Assembly: GCA_025055075.1 (NCBI GenBank)
Contig: JANWYV010000045.1
Coordinates: forward strand, 22,423-86,422
Origin: Blastocatellia bacterium
Lineage (GTDB): Bacteria > Acidobacteriota > Blastocatellia > HR10
Reading direction: 5' to 3'
DNA: 64,000 nt
Shown here in pieces: positions 39,215 to 51,651 of this stretch. The stretch's first letter is position 1; each line of letters begins with the position of its first letter. The notes beneath the pieces were generated by a model that saw only the letters and a list, made by a program, of their open reading frames with translations, did no database searches and was not told where the DNA came from. A program made the translations under genes and the position numbers.

Positions 39215-39892
39215 TCACAACTCGGCGATGCCCTTGACGATGAGAGCCAGCGTCAATTCTCCCCCGGCCGTCGTCTTCACGGGTGCGACAAGTAGCGTAT
39301 ATCGAGAGGCCAATTCCACGACGGTCGGAACTGTTTTATACCCCTCCGCCGAGCGGAGACTGAGCCCGGCCGGATGATTCGTTCCGGCCGCCTTGGCGCT
39401 CAACTTCATCAACTCCTCGAACGAGTATCGAGCCGTTGCATCTTGATCCAGATCGGCTGGAACGAGCAAGAGGAAATCGCGATTGGGAGCGATGCCCATG
39501 TGATTACCGTCTGCCGGATACAATGCATACCGCAGCGTATAGGCACCCGGCTTGATCGCTTGCCCTCGATAGTCCGTCGTCGGGTGCGGGAACACGATCA
39601 CGCCGACGAAGGTGGATTCTTCCATCCCTACGTAGACGACATCGGGATCCGCCGTTTTCCCGGCCTGGATCGGAACGGCCGCGCGGAACCAGATTTCGCA
39701 TACGACGCGTCCATCCGCTTGGAGAACACGATACCCCTTCGGCTCCAGGACCTTTCGGATGGACTCCGGAACGGACGGCGCCGTCAGTGGACCGATGGCC
39801 TCCACCCGTCCCTCTTGAGCGAAAGTCGGGCCGACGAGGCTCAAGACGAAGCTCAATATGAAGATGAGAGCTCTTGCATGAGACCGTCGCAT
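39215..39892 (-). CDS. Secreted hypothetical protein
   Basis: Signal peptide ending AFA-like (TFA-Q). Conserved-looking DYRGQxIKPGxYTLRY...DGNHMG...RDFLLL and GTNHP blocks. Confidence 0.75.
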   Translation of the reverse strand: MRRSHARALIFILSFVLSLVGPTFAQEGRVEAIGPLTAPSVPESIRKVLEPKGYRVLQADGRVVCEIWFRAAVPIQAGKTADPDVVYVGMEESTFVGVIVFPHPTTDYRGQAIKPGAYTLRYALYPADGNHMGIAPNRDFLLLVPADLDQDATARYSFEELMKLSAKAAGTNHPAGLSLRSAEGYKTVPTVVELASRYTLLVAPVKTTAGGELTLALIVKGIAEL

Positions 39893-39908
39893 CGTTTTCC
39901 CCTCTCAC

Positions 39909-39970
39909 AAAAAAGAGCGGGATGATCCCGCACTAAGGAGAAAGAGGCCACCTTCAGAGGCAGTGGCCTC
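39909..39970 (-). terminator. Tandem hairpins ending the molybdoenzyme operon
   Basis: On the minus strand, GAGGCCAC..GTGGCCTC-TTT then GCGGGA-tca-TCCCGC-TCTTTTTT. Confidence 0.6.
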
Positions 39971-40007
39971 GCCTTTCAGCATTGGTTTCACGAGAGCGCT
40001 TCTGCGC

Positions 40008-40682
40008 TCATCGCGCGAAGTGGCCGACGAAAGCGCTTCGCTTGCCACTGATGGTCCAGGTGACGCCCAAACCATCTCCGCGGAACTGATTGAGGACGGC
40101 GACGGCAGGCATTGCGTGCTGGACTGGAGCGAGCGGTGGATAGAAGATCTCCTCATTGCCGCAGATATGATCCTGCTCATTCAAGGGACGCGTCTCGATC
40201 CGCGCCCACTCGCCCGCTCGCACGATGGCTCGAGCCGCGTGCTCGCCCTCATCCCGAACGTCGAAGCGGATCGGAGCAGCTACGACGCGCACGACGTTCC
40301 CGAGCAGTTCACCCGCCATCGTTTGAGCGAAACGGAGCAAGGCCTCGCGTTGCTCCCGATTCGCCCGCTCGTCCACGACCACGAGGGCCTTCGCCGGATA
40401 GGGTTTCCCTTGTGGGTCTCCCAGCGTCGCGCGCGCTTTGACGATGCCGACGACGCTCAAGCCATCGAGGCGAATCCCCTCCCAGCTCCCTCGCTGAATG
40501 CGCCAGGCGAGGATCGCCTGATCGCCCACAAACCCCGCCTCCGCGTTGGCGAAGCAAGGACCAGTGTAAACATCCGCATTGCGCGCCTCGACATAGTCGC
40601 CGAGGATTTGCTGCGCATGCGCTTGCTCGAAGACGCCCGCAATGGCTGCGAGCACGAACAATACCATGATCAGGCTTCGCAT
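40008..40682 (-). CDS. Secreted DUF1326-like protein
   Basis: Signal peptide (AHA-Q) then GDYVEARNADVYTGPCFANAE, GxWEGIRLDGL, VDERANREQREAL, HICGNE. Start placed after GGAGGAGG. Confidence 0.72.
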   Translation of the reverse strand: MRSLIMVLFVLAAIAGVFEQAHAQQILGDYVEARNADVYTGPCFANAEAGFVGDQAILAWRIQRGSWEGIRLDGLSVVGIVKARATLGDPQGKPYPAKALVVVDERANREQREALLRFAQTMAGELLGNVVRVVAAPIRFDVRDEGEHAARAIVRAGEWARIETRPLNEQDHICGNEEIFYPPLAPVQHAMPAVAVLNQFRGDGLGVTWTISGKRSAFVGHFAR

Positions 40683-40770
40683 AAATCGCACCTCCTCCAA
40701 AATCTCGCCCTGCTCCGACGGACGCCTCGCATCCGTCGGGGCCTCCGCGCTCGCCTCATCGAGCAACATC

Positions 40771-41001
40771 TTATCGCACTCGCCCCGTCCCATAACAAGC
40801 CCGCTGCGCCGAGGCACAGGATTCGGGCTCGACCAAGGCCCCATCGGGCCCCAGGCACGTCTGCGTGAACGCGCACCAGAAGAACCCATCATCAGGGGGC
40901 GGCGGCGGAGCGATGGGCGTCTCCGTGTAGAACTGCGTCTTCCACCGCAGGTGCGGGCAAAGCGTCCAGTACACTTCCGAGAATCGTTCCGCGTCGATCA
41001 T
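40771..41001 (-). CDS. Small Cys-rich protein (76 aa), unknown function
   Basis: Strong GGAGGAGG RBS and ATGA overlap with the FAD-subunit stop. Five Cys (C15, C43, C49, C62, C69) plus H17. Confidence 0.75.
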   Translation of the reverse strand: MIDAERFSEVYWTLCPHLRWKTQFYTETPIAPPPPPDDGFFWCAFTQTCLGPDGALVEPESCASAQRACYGTGRVR

Positions 41002-41982
41002 CGTCGCGCTCCTCCTCCGACGGCTTGCTGGATCGCTCGACGCACGGCGACGCGAGCCAGCTGAATCTTGTATTCGTTCTTCCCTAAGCTTCGCGCCTTT
41101 TGTACGGCGGCGTCAGCGGCCGCCTTCGCGACTTCTTCGGTCACGGCCTTTCCCACGAGAGCGCGCTCCGCCTCGGGCGAGGGCCAGGGGATCGGAGCAA
41201 CGTGTCCGAGCACGACGCGCGCTGAGCGCACGCGCTGGCCATCGAGCACCAAAGCCACGGATGCCGCCGCCAACGGCCAATCGAGCGCCTCGTGCTGACG
41301 CACCTCATAGGTCGCGCTCATCATCCCTGCCGGAGGCGGCGGCACGAGGATGTCGGTCACGATCTCATTCGGCTGCAAATCATATTCGCGCTCGGTCTCC
41401 GATTTCGGAATGCGGAAGAACCGCTCGACCGGGACTTCACGTGTCCCCTGCGGGCCGAAGATGCGAAGGCGCGCCCCATAGGCGATGAGTGCCGGGGCCA
41501 AACTCGAGGGATTAACGAAGTAAGCCGGCCCCTCATTGCCCAGGATTGCATGGTACCGATTGTCCCCCTCCAGCACGAGCGAGCGTCCCGTCTCATCGCG
41601 AGCCAAGAGGCCGAAGCCCGAGCGGAAGTACCAACAGCGCGGCCGCTGACAGAGATCCCCGCCGACGGTCCCCATGTTTCGAATCTGTGGACTGGTGATG
41701 CCACGGACGGCCTGCGCGAGCGCCGGATAGACGCGCGCGATCTCAGGATGATCGAGCAACTCCTGAAGAGTGACCGTCGCGCCCAAACGCAACCCCGTCC
41801 GCGGTGAGAAGCTGATCCCTCGCAGTTCGGCAATCTCCTTGATGTTGACCAAGCGTCGCGGCCGCACGATGTCATCTTTCATGAGCGCGAGCAGGTCAGT
41901 ACCGCCAGCGAGGATTTCCGTCTCTCCCCACGTGCGGGAGAGCAGCGCGACGGCTTGCTCCTTCGTCGTCGGACTCACGTAC

Positions 41983-41996
<14 letters not shown>
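40998..41996 (-). CDS. Xanthine dehydrogenase-family FAD-binding subunit (PaoB/YagS-like)
   Basis: AGGTDLL, SPQIRNMGTVGG, CQRPRCWYFR, NRYHAILG, VAPIPW, NEYKI. Confidence 0.9.
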
Positions 41997-44151
<2,155 letters not shown>

Positions 44152-44154
44152 AGC

Positions 44155-44769
44155 TCATCCTCCTCTCTGCATTCGCGCGGCCTGTGCGATGGCCGCTCGG
44201 ATCCCCACATAGGTCCCGCAGCGACAGAGGTTCCCGCCCAATCCAGCCACCAGGTCCTCCGGCGTGGGATTGGGGATCCGATCCAGAAGCGCCTTGCAAG
44301 CGACGACGAATCCCGGCGTGCAGAATCCGCATTGCAAGGCATCGTTCTCGACGAACGCTTGCTGAATGGGATGCAGCTTCCCGTCCTGCATGAGGCCTTC
44401 GACGGTCGTGATCGCTCTCCCCTGCGCTTCGATTGCGAGCACGGAACAGGCGTAGACGGGCTTGCCGTCCAAAAGCACTGTGCACGCGCCACACGTCCCG
44501 CGATCGCACACCCGCTTGGCGCCAGTCAGATCGAATTCATTCCGAAGCGCATCGAGCAAGGTCACGCGCGGCTCTAGTTCCGCCCGATACGTCTTCCCAT
44601 TGATGGTGAACGTCATCGGGACCTTCCCGGGACCGAAGACCTTCACCTCCGCCCCGGCGACCTTGAGCACGCGCGGCCCGACCACCAGAGGGACCGTGAG
44701 CGTGATCCCCGAGACTTTCAGAAAATCACGCCGTGAAAGGCTTCCCGGTTTCGATGGCTGTTTCTCCAT
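44155..44769 (-). CDS. Tat-exported 2x[2Fe-2S] subunit (PaoA/YagT-like)
   Basis: SRRDFLK twin-arginine motif; CDRGTCGAC..C and QCGFC..CRC ligand sets. Confidence 0.92.
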   Translation of the reverse strand: MEKQPSKPGSLSRRDFLKVSGITLTVPLVVGPRVLKVAGAEVKVFGPGKVPMTFTINGKTYRAELEPRVTLLDALRNEFDLTGAKRVCDRGTCGACTVLLDGKPVYACSVLAIEAQGRAITTVEGLMQDGKLHPIQQAFVENDALQCGFCTPGFVVACKALLDRIPNPTPEDLVAGLGGNLCRCGTYVGIRAAIAQAARMQRGG

Positions 44770-44805
44770 AAGACCATTCCTCCTCACCCTCTCAATGCCG
44801 TGCTC

Positions 44806-45267
44806 TCACGGAGCGATGATCGGAGTCTCCTCGCGCACCAGCTCTTTCTGGCAACACGGGCAGACCCCAGGCACCGAGGATTTGATCTGACAAACGTCGC
44901 AGGTATAGGCGATGTCATACAGTCGCCCACCTCGAACGAGACGAATGCGGATGCTCTCCAAGCGATCGTCGCCATGCCGAAGGGCCAGGATTTGAAGGTC
45001 CTCGGCCCGAAGGTGTGAATCCGCAAAAAGTGCAATGGCCGGGTCCGCTGGGCCGAAGAAATACACTCGCCCTTCGACCGTGCGAATCCCGATGCGTTCG
45101 GGTGAACACGAATCCTCACGCTCGCCCGCAGACTCGGCACAGACCAAACGCCCGCGCACGAGCACCGATAAGGGATCGTGCGAAGAGGAGAGGGCCGATT
45201 CACCGCTCACCGTCAACAGGAGCAACAGGCTCACCTCGACGCTTCGCTTCCGAATATATGCGCTCAC
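44806..45267 (-). CDS. Exported protein with a C-terminal Cys metal-binding motif
   Basis: Hydrophobic N-terminus and YTCDVCQIKSSVPGVCPCCQKEL, resembling heavy-metal-binding/zinc-knuckle motifs. GTG 45267 follows AGGAGG. Confidence 0.65.
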   Translation of the reverse strand: MSAYIRKRSVEVSLLLLLTVSGESALSSSHDPLSVLVRGRLVCAESAGEREDSCSPERIGIRTVEGRVYFFGPADPAIALFADSHLRAEDLQILALRHGDDRLESIRIRLVRGGRLYDIAYTCDVCQIKSSVPGVCPCCQKELVREETPIIAP

Positions 45268-45302
45268 CCCTTTCCCCTCCTCCTTCGGCATGGGCGAGCC
45301 CA

Positions 45303-45332
45303 ATCTTACTGAAAGAGCGCTGAAGCTGTCAA
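45303..45332 (-). promoter_or_regulatory. sigma70 promoter of the molybdoenzyme operon
   Basis: TTGACA-18 bp-TAAGAT on the minus strand. Confidence 0.65.
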
Positions 45333-45352
45333 CACGCTATCGCACCCCTTCC

Positions 45353-46486
45353 TCAGGGAGCATGGGCGTCCGAGCGGAAATCCTCGAGCGCGAGATACCC
45401 GACGATATAGCCGTCGGCATCGAGCACGGCACTGGCGCCCAGGCCATTGCGACGAAGCAGACGATGCGCCTCCCAAAGCGGCGTCTCCGGATGAACGAAC
45501 ATCGAGGGAGCGACCGGCTGCATGAGGTCTCGAACGGTCGTGCGCGCCCATTGCTCGCGCGGCAACGCGTGAAGAGCAGGGACGAGTAAGATGCCATGCA
45601 ACCGACGATCTCGAGAGACGGGGAACGTTCGGCTCCGATGCTTCGGCAGCACGCGCGCAGCCAATTCCTCAATGGTCATCTCCGGCGGCAGCAGTGCCGG
45701 CGGATCCCGCATGACATCCGCGACGCGGATCCGCCTCATCTGATCCACCTGCTTGAGGGAAAGGCGACTATTTTCGGCCACATCGCGGAGGAAGATCCCG
45801 ACCAAGATGGACCATGCTCCCGCGAAGATGTCCGCGCTCGTGCGCGCGCGCAGCACCCAGAAGATGCCCAAGCCAACAAGGAGATACGCGATCCCCTGCC
45901 CCACGCCGATAGCCCAGCGGCTCGCTCGCCAGTAATCCCCCCAACGCGCCCACAACCATGCTCGAAAGACGCGTCCACCATCCAGGGGAAACCCCGGCAG
46001 CAGGTTGAAGAGCGCCAGGATCAGATTCGAGAGGGCGAGATAGTTCGTGATGAGCGCCGCCGGTCGCGAGTCGAAGACGTGCACGCTCAATTGATTCAGC
46101 AGGAAGAACACCACAGCATAAAGGAAACTCGCGCTCGGCCCCGCGACGGCGATCCGAAATTCCGAGCCCGGCGTATGCGCCTCATGCTCAAAGCGCGCGA
46201 ATCCCCCAAAGAGGTGGAGCGTGATATCGTAGATGCGTATGCCTTCGGCGCGCGCGACCAATGCGTGTCCGATCTCATGCCCCAACACCGAGAGAAACAG
46301 CAACAGCGTCGTGACTCCTCCGAGCGTCCAATGGGCGAGCGGATGAAAGTCGGGCAGATGCCGCGGGAGATAGAAGACCGAGACGGCATATATGTGCAAG
46401 AAGACGACGGGGATCCATCCGTAGCTCACCCGAATGGGGATGCGAAAGAGCGTCGCCAGTTGAATCGGTCGGAGTCGCACGGCCAC
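45353..46486 (-). CDS. Site-2 protease (M50) with C-terminal CBS pair
   Basis: HEIGH, AGP, FNLLPGFPLDGG, two CBS motifs. Confidence 0.92.
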   Translation of the reverse strand: MAVRLRPIQLATLFRIPIRVSYGWIPVVFLHIYAVSVFYLPRHLPDFHPLAHWTLGGVTTLLLFLSVLGHEIGHALVARAEGIRIYDITLHLFGGFARFEHEAHTPGSEFRIAVAGPSASFLYAVVFFLLNQLSVHVFDSRPAALITNYLALSNLILALFNLLPGFPLDGGRVFRAWLWARWGDYWRASRWAIGVGQGIAYLLVGLGIFWVLRARTSADIFAGAWSILVGIFLRDVAENSRLSLKQVDQMRRIRVADVMRDPPALLPPEMTIEELAARVLPKHRSRTFPVSRDRRLHGILLVPALHALPREQWARTTVRDLMQPVAPSMFVHPETPLWEAHRLLRRNGLGASAVLDADGYIVGYLALEDFRSDAHAP

Positions 46487-46518
46487 TTCCCGTCCTTAGT
46501 GAAGCGACGAATCCTTCC

Positions 46519-47043
46519 TCATGAAGGAGGGGGCGACCGATGGGCGGGCGAAGTTGCGGAGCCGTCGGATGACGCTGCCGGATGGAGTCCCAATCGGTAG
46601 AGCGCGTGCGCCGTCGGATACCCGGTCACCTCGATGCCCTCCGCTTGCTGAAACCGCTTCATCGCCTCCACGGTCCGCGCGTCGTAGACGCCCGTCGGTG
46701 GGCCTTCTAAGAATCCCCGCTCGATGAGGGCCAATTGGATCTCGCGCACGCGCTCGCGCGGGATCAACTTTCCAGGACGCAAGACGAGGCGACGCACTGT
46801 TCGTCGGCGCGCGGAGGCGCGAGCGCGTTGCCTGGTGAGACGTCGGTTCCGCGCTGAAGCCGAGCGCGAGCGCACAGCCGACGTTCGCGAGCCTTGTGCC
46901 TTTGAGCGAGCCGCCGACGTTGCCGAGGGCGCATTCTGTCGGCTTTGAGCGAGCGTTTCTTCTCCCTGGCGCCATTCCCCCATCGGGATCGCTAGAAGAA
47001 GCAACAGCAGGCTGCTCACTGCGAATCGAGCCGTGGGTTTCAC
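46519..47043 (-). CDS. Secreted peptidoglycan-binding domain protein with an Arg-rich linker
   Basis: VREIQLALIERGF...GVYDARTVEAMKRFQQAEGIEVTG (PG_binding_1). Confidence 0.82.
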   Translation of the reverse strand: MKPTARFAVSSLLLLLLAIPMGEWRQGEETLAQSRQNAPSATSAARSKAQGSRTSAVRSRSASARNRRLTRQRARASARRRTVRRLVLRPGKLIPRERVREIQLALIERGFLEGPPTGVYDARTVEAMKRFQQAEGIEVTGYPTAHALYRLGLHPAASSDGSATSPAHRSPPPS

Positions 47044-47054
47044 CTACCCTCCTC

Positions 47055-48611
47055 CTACGGGATCGTCCCCGAGAGCACCGAACGATTTGGGCCAAGCCCC
47101 CGATGGGCGCGCGCGACGATCATCACCACATCGTCGCCCGATTTCAACCCCTCGAAGACTCGCTTGACGTCCTCCGGACCTCGAACTTCCACGCGATTGA
47201 TGGAGAGGATCACATCGCCCGGCATGAGGCCGAGGGTCTCAGCGAAGCTCTCCTCCTCGATCTCACCGACGACGGCCCCGCGAACGGCCCCGAGCTTGAG
47301 AACCTCGGCCACATGCGGCGTCACCGGCTCTAATGTCGCCCCCAAGCGCGGCGGTCCGGATGACTTCTTCTCCTCCGGTGGCTGAGCGTTCTTATCGCGC
47401 GGCTCTTCTCGCAATGGCTCCTCACGACGATCCGCAAGCGACGGACGAACGCCGAGCTTGACGCTGGTGACATGCTCGCGCCCATTGCGGATGTACTTCA
47501 ACCGCACCGTACGTCCGACGTCCATCGAAGCCACGCGCCGCGTGAGATCGCGACTATCCCGAACGGGCTCACCATCAATCTCCACGATGATGTCGCCCGT
47601 CTGCAAGCCAGCATGCGCGGCCGGACTCTCCGGATCGGTCACGCTTTCGACGAGTGCGCCCTGTGGTTCTTTCAAGCCATTCAGACGCGCGATCTGCGGC
47701 GATACCGGCTTCACATAGACGCCCAAATACCCCCGCGCGACGCGGCCGCGCTGGACCAATTGATTATAGACCTCGACGGCCAAGGCCGATGGGAGCGCGA
47801 ATCCCACCCCGTTGAAATATCCGGTGCTGGTCGAAATCTGCGTGTTGATGCCGATGACCTCCCCCCTCAAATTGACGAGCGGCCCGCCGGAATTCCCAGG
47901 ATTGATCGCCGCATCCGTTTGCAGGAAGCGTTGGAACGGGGCGTTCTCCCCATCGGTGATGCGATCCTTCGCACTGATGATTCCCGCTGTGACCGTCTGC
48001 TCCAACCCGAATGGACTGCCGATGGCCAGCACCCAATCGCCGACGCGCAACTTGTTCGAATCGCCCATGCGCGCATAGGGGAAGGGCTCGCTCCGCGAGA
48101 TCTTGATCACGGCCAGATCCGTCTCCGGATCCACGCCGATCACCTCCGGCGTATAGGTCTTGCCCTCGAAGGTCTTGACCCGAATTGTCGAAGCGCCGCG
48201 AATGACGTGGTAATTAGTGAGGATATACCCCTCTGGGTCCACGATCACCCCCGATCCCGTCCCGCGACGTGGCCGTCCGCGCGGCCCGAAGAAGAAATCG
48301 AAGGGATCCTCCGATCGCCGACTCGCTCGCGCGGCTTCCGTCTCAATATGGACGACAGCCGGCTCGACCTGACGCGCGACTTGCGCGAATGCGTCCGAGA
48401 GGGCGAGCGCCGTCGCCAGTGCTCCCGTCGGCGGGACATGGCTCTCACTCACGTGAAGCGGTCGCGCCGATTGTCGGGCTGAAGTCCCCCCGGAGATCCA
48501 CACTCCGACGCCGATGCCAAGGATCACACTCAGGCTCAAGCCGATGGGCATCGTCCATCGTGGCCACGCCCCCCATCGGGACGAAGGACCGACACCTGAC
48601 ATCTGCTCCAT
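47055..48611 (-). CDS. degP: Do/DegP-family serine protease with two PDZ domains
   Basis: TNYHV, TDLAV, DAAINPGNSGGPL, two PDZ domains. Start 48611 follows GAGGGAGG. Confidence 0.93.
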   Translation of the reverse strand: MEQMSGVGPSSRWGAWPRWTMPIGLSLSVILGIGVGVWISGGTSARQSARPLHVSESHVPPTGALATALALSDAFAQVARQVEPAVVHIETEAARASRRSEDPFDFFFGPRGRPRRGTGSGVIVDPEGYILTNYHVIRGASTIRVKTFEGKTYTPEVIGVDPETDLAVIKISRSEPFPYARMGDSNKLRVGDWVLAIGSPFGLEQTVTAGIISAKDRITDGENAPFQRFLQTDAAINPGNSGGPLVNLRGEVIGINTQISTSTGYFNGVGFALPSALAVEVYNQLVQRGRVARGYLGVYVKPVSPQIARLNGLKEPQGALVESVTDPESPAAHAGLQTGDIIVEIDGEPVRDSRDLTRRVASMDVGRTVRLKYIRNGREHVTSVKLGVRPSLADRREEPLREEPRDKNAQPPEEKKSSGPPRLGATLEPVTPHVAEVLKLGAVRGAVVGEIEEESFAETLGLMPGDVILSINRVEVRGPEDVKRVFEGLKSGDDVVMIVARAHRGLGPNRSVLSGTIP

Positions 48612-48698
48612 GTTCGCCTCCCTCGCGTTCTGTTCACGCCCCTTCATTATACCAGATGTCCCTCAAGCACGCATCGAAACGCTCGATGAGCGTCGGGG

Positions 48699-49754
48699 AT
48701 GAGGTTTGACAGTGGCGCGCTTCATCTGGTAGCTTGCCTATTTCGGCGGACGGTGAACGCGGGGCTCTGTAAGAGATTGAGCAAAGGCGGCGCGGTCCTT
48801 CTCCTCGTGTGGGGCCTGTTAACCAGCATTGGCTGTGGTCTGGTCTCGCGCGAGGTGAAGGTGCCCCAATTGGTCGCCCCATTGAGCACAGCGACGCTGG
48901 AGGAGCTGCTCGCGCGCTTGAACGATTTTCAGCAAGTGCGCACGCTCTCGGCGCGCGTCGCGATCCAATTCCAAACCGAAGCGCCCGAATCGGGATTGGG
49001 CCAGCGCTATCGCACGGCTGATGGGCGGTTGATCCTCGCCCGACCGGCCAACGTGCGCTTGCTCATTCAAGCGCCGCTGGTGAAGACGACCATTGCTGAA
49101 TTGGCCTCGGACGGCCATCGGTTCCAACTCCTCGTCTATCCCGAAGATCATCGCCTCTTCGTCGAAGGCTCGAACGATCGGGATTATACGGAGCGCGAGG
49201 AAGCGCTGCAGCGCGATCCGCAGTGGCGCGAAGTCGGATCGTTGCGGCGCGTCCGGCCGCAGCACATCACCGAAGCTCTGCTCTGGGGGCCGGTGGACGA
49301 CGGCGCTTCGAATCGCCTCACGACGCTGGAGGAATTCCGGCAGATCGAGGAAGAGCGCGCGTCCGGTCAGAAGCCGCGCATGGTCATCCGGAGTTACTAC
49401 ATCATCTCGCTCTTGGAACCGATCGGCCCTAACCGGGCGCGCATTCTGAGGAAATTCTGGTTCGACCGCACGCGCGGTCTGCTCCTTGTGCGCCAACAGG
49501 TCTTCGGCGAGGCCGGCGAGATCCGCAGTGAGATTCGCTACGAAGAATTCGCCACCGCTCCGAACTCTCCCTATCTCATCCCCGTCGAGATTCGGATCGC
49601 GCGCCCATACGACCGGTACTCGGTTCGCTTGGGTCTCGATCGCACGAGCTTGGTCATCAACGGCGAGGTCTCCGAAGCGCTCTTTCGCTTGGAGAAACCC
49701 GCCGAGTGGGGGGACGCCGTCCGAACCATCAACCTGGATCGAAAAGGGAACTGA
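48699..49754 (+). CDS. Lipoprotein with a LolA/LolB-like (DUF4292-like) beta fold
   Basis: Lipobox SIGC, GRLILARPANVRL..., LASDGHRF, and terminal INGEVSEALFRLEKP pattern typical of the LolA/LolB fold. Start is uncertain. Confidence 0.6.
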   Translation: MRFDSGALHLVACLFRRTVNAGLCKRLSKGGAVLLLVWGLLTSIGCGLVSREVKVPQLVAPLSTATLEELLARLNDFQQVRTLSARVAIQFQTEAPESGLGQRYRTADGRLILARPANVRLLIQAPLVKTTIAELASDGHRFQLLVYPEDHRLFVEGSNDRDYTEREEALQRDPQWREVGSLRRVRPQHITEALLWGPVDDGASNRLTTLEEFRQIEEERASGQKPRMVIRSYYIISLLEPIGPNRARILRKFWFDRTRGLLLVRQQVFGEAGEIRSEIRYEEFATAPNSPYLIPVEIRIARPYDRYSVRLGLDRTSLVINGEVSEALFRLEKPAEWGDAVRTINLDRKGN

Positions 49755-50876
49755 ATGCGGCACAGCTTCGTCTTAGCGAATATCCTGGCGCGCCCGACGC
49801 GGACGATCGCGAGCATGCTGGGGATCGCCTTGGGCGTCGTGCTCATCTTGGTGACCGTCGGATTGGCGCGCGGGATCCTTTATGAGACGGGACAACGGGA
49901 GAAGAACGTCGGCGCGGAGATCATCTTCCAATCGGCCGGGACGCTGGGAGCGAGCATCACGGCGACGCCGCTGGCTCTGCCCATCGCATATACCAAACGC
50001 CTGAAGGAAATCGAGGGCGTGCGCGCCGTCACTCCCGTTGGGCGCTATATCCGTAGCGGGGCGGGGGGGATTGGCTTCGAGATGCTCGAAGGCATCGCGG
50101 ATCAGCCCACTGAAGACTATACGACCTATGCGGCCATCAGCGGCATTCGCATCGTCGAGGGGCGCCCCATGCAGAGTGACGATGAGATCATCGTGGATCG
50201 TCATTACGCGACGACGAAGAAAATCGCTCCAGGGGCGCGCGTGGAACTCCTCAATCACACGTTCACAGTCGCCGGCATCTACGAGCCCGAGAGCGGCGCG
50301 CGGGTGAAGATGCGGCTCTCGAAGATGCAACAGTTGCTCGGCGCTGAGGGGAAATGCTCCTCCATCCTCGTGAAATGCTTCGACCCGAACGAGCAGGAGC
50401 GCGTCGCCGAGCGCATCGAAGCCGCGTTGCCCGGGAATCAAATCATCTTCACGCGCGACATCCCGAGTTATTACGATCGTGGGATCCCTTCCCTCAACGT
50501 CTTCCTCCGCGTCGTCGTGGGCCTGGCGCTCACTGTCAGCGCGCTCGTCATCTTGCTGGCCATGTATACGTCCGTCACCGAGCGCACGCGCGAGATCGGC
50601 ATTTTGAAATCGCTCGGCGCCTCGCGCCGCTTCATCATCGCGGCGATCGAGAAGGAGGCGTTGGCGATCAGCGCCCTAGGCGTCGCCGTTGGATACGTCC
50701 TCTCGTTCCTCACGAAAGCGGGCATCATGCGCTATACCTCGCTCATCGTGCGGTTCGAGTGGTCGTGGCTTCTCGTCGCGACGCTCGTGGGGTTGCTTGC
50801 GGGCGCCCTGGGCGCCCTGTATCCGGCCGTGCGCGCTGCCCGTCAGGATCCCGTCCGAGCGCTCGCGTATGAATGA
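49755..50876 (+). CDS. ABC transporter permease, MacB/FtsX/LolC-E family
   Basis: [29 protein letters not shown], four TMs plus a periplasmic domain. Confidence 0.9.
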   Translation: MRHSFVLANILARPTRTIASMLGIALGVVLILVTVGLARGILYETGQREKNVGAEIIFQSAGTLGASITATPLALPIAYTKRLKEIEGVRAVTPVGRYIRSGAGGIGFEMLEGIADQPTEDYTTYAAISGIRIVEGRPMQSDDEIIVDRHYATTKKIAPGARVELLNHTFTVAGIYEPESGARVKMRLSKMQQLLGAEGKCSSILVKCFDPNEQERVAERIEAALPGNQIIFTRDIPSYYDRGIPSLNVFLRVVVGLALTVSALVILLAMYTSVTERTREIGILKSLGASRRFIIAAIEKEALAISALGVAVGYVLSFLTKAGIMRYTSLIVRFEWSWLLVATLVGLLAGALGALYPAVRAARQDPVRALAYE

Positions 50877-50889
50877 GGGGGAGACGACG

Positions 50890-51576
50890 ATGTCGGTCAT
50901 TCTGAAGACTGTGGACCTGCACATGATCTACCGCACGGGCAAAGTCGGCGTCCACGCCCTGCGAGGCGTGAACTTGGAAGTCGAGCGGGGGGAGTTCGTC
51001 GCCATCATGGGACCTTCCGGTTGCGGCAAGTCCACGCTCTTGCACATCATCGGTGGATTGCTCACGCCCACGTCCGGCCAGGTCTACGTGGATGGGATCG
51101 AGATCACGAGCCTCTCGGATGCCGAGCGCACCGAACTCCGACGGCGCAAGATCGGCTTCGTCTTCCAACGCTTGAACCTCTTCCCCACCCTCACGGTCGA
51201 GGGGAATTTGCGACTCGCCGAACGCATTTACTACAACGGGACGCGCAACATCGAAGGCGATCCCGAACGCCGTCGTCAAATTCTCCGCCTGCTCGGGCTC
51301 GAAGATAAGCTGAACCATAAGCCGAATGAGCTGAGCGGCGGCGAACAGCAGCGCGTGGCCATCGCGCGCGCCATCATCAATCGCCCCGCCATCATCCTGG
51401 CCGATGAACCGACCGGCAGTCTCGATTCCGAGAATTCGCAGATCGTCCTCCGCATGCTCAAAGAACTCAACGCGCAGTTCGGCCAAACCATCGTGATGAT
51501 CACCCACAATCCCGAAGCCGCCGCCATGGCCAATCGCATCATTCACATGCGCGACGGCAAGATCATCGTGCCGTGA
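50890..51576 (+). CDS. ABC transporter ATP-binding protein, LolD/MacB-type
   Basis: [37 protein letters not shown]. Confidence 0.93.
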   Translation: MSVILKTVDLHMIYRTGKVGVHALRGVNLEVERGEFVAIMGPSGCGKSTLLHIIGGLLTPTSGQVYVDGIEITSLSDAERTELRRRKIGFVFQRLNLFPTLTVEGNLRLAERIYYNGTRNIEGDPERRRQILRLLGLEDKLNHKPNELSGGEQQRVAIARAIINRPAIILADEPTGSLDSENSQIVLRMLKELNAQFGQTIVMITHNPEAAAMANRIIHMRDGKIIVP

Positions 51577-51589
51577 GCCGTTTCCTCTC

Positions 51590-51618
51590 TTGTCGCCGAG
51601 TGCGCCCTTTCGTACAAT
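51590..51618 (+). promoter_or_regulatory. sigma70-type promoter
   Basis: TTGTCG-17 bp-TACAAT. Confidence 0.5.
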
Positions 51619-51651
51619 TTACTCCTTGCGCGGGTTATCTCTTGCGCGGGG

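Noticed and set aside
40683..40892. N-terminal extension of the DUF1326-like ORF in the ORF track
   Set aside because: It overlaps the Cys-rich gene. A strong RBS and signal peptide support the start at 40682.
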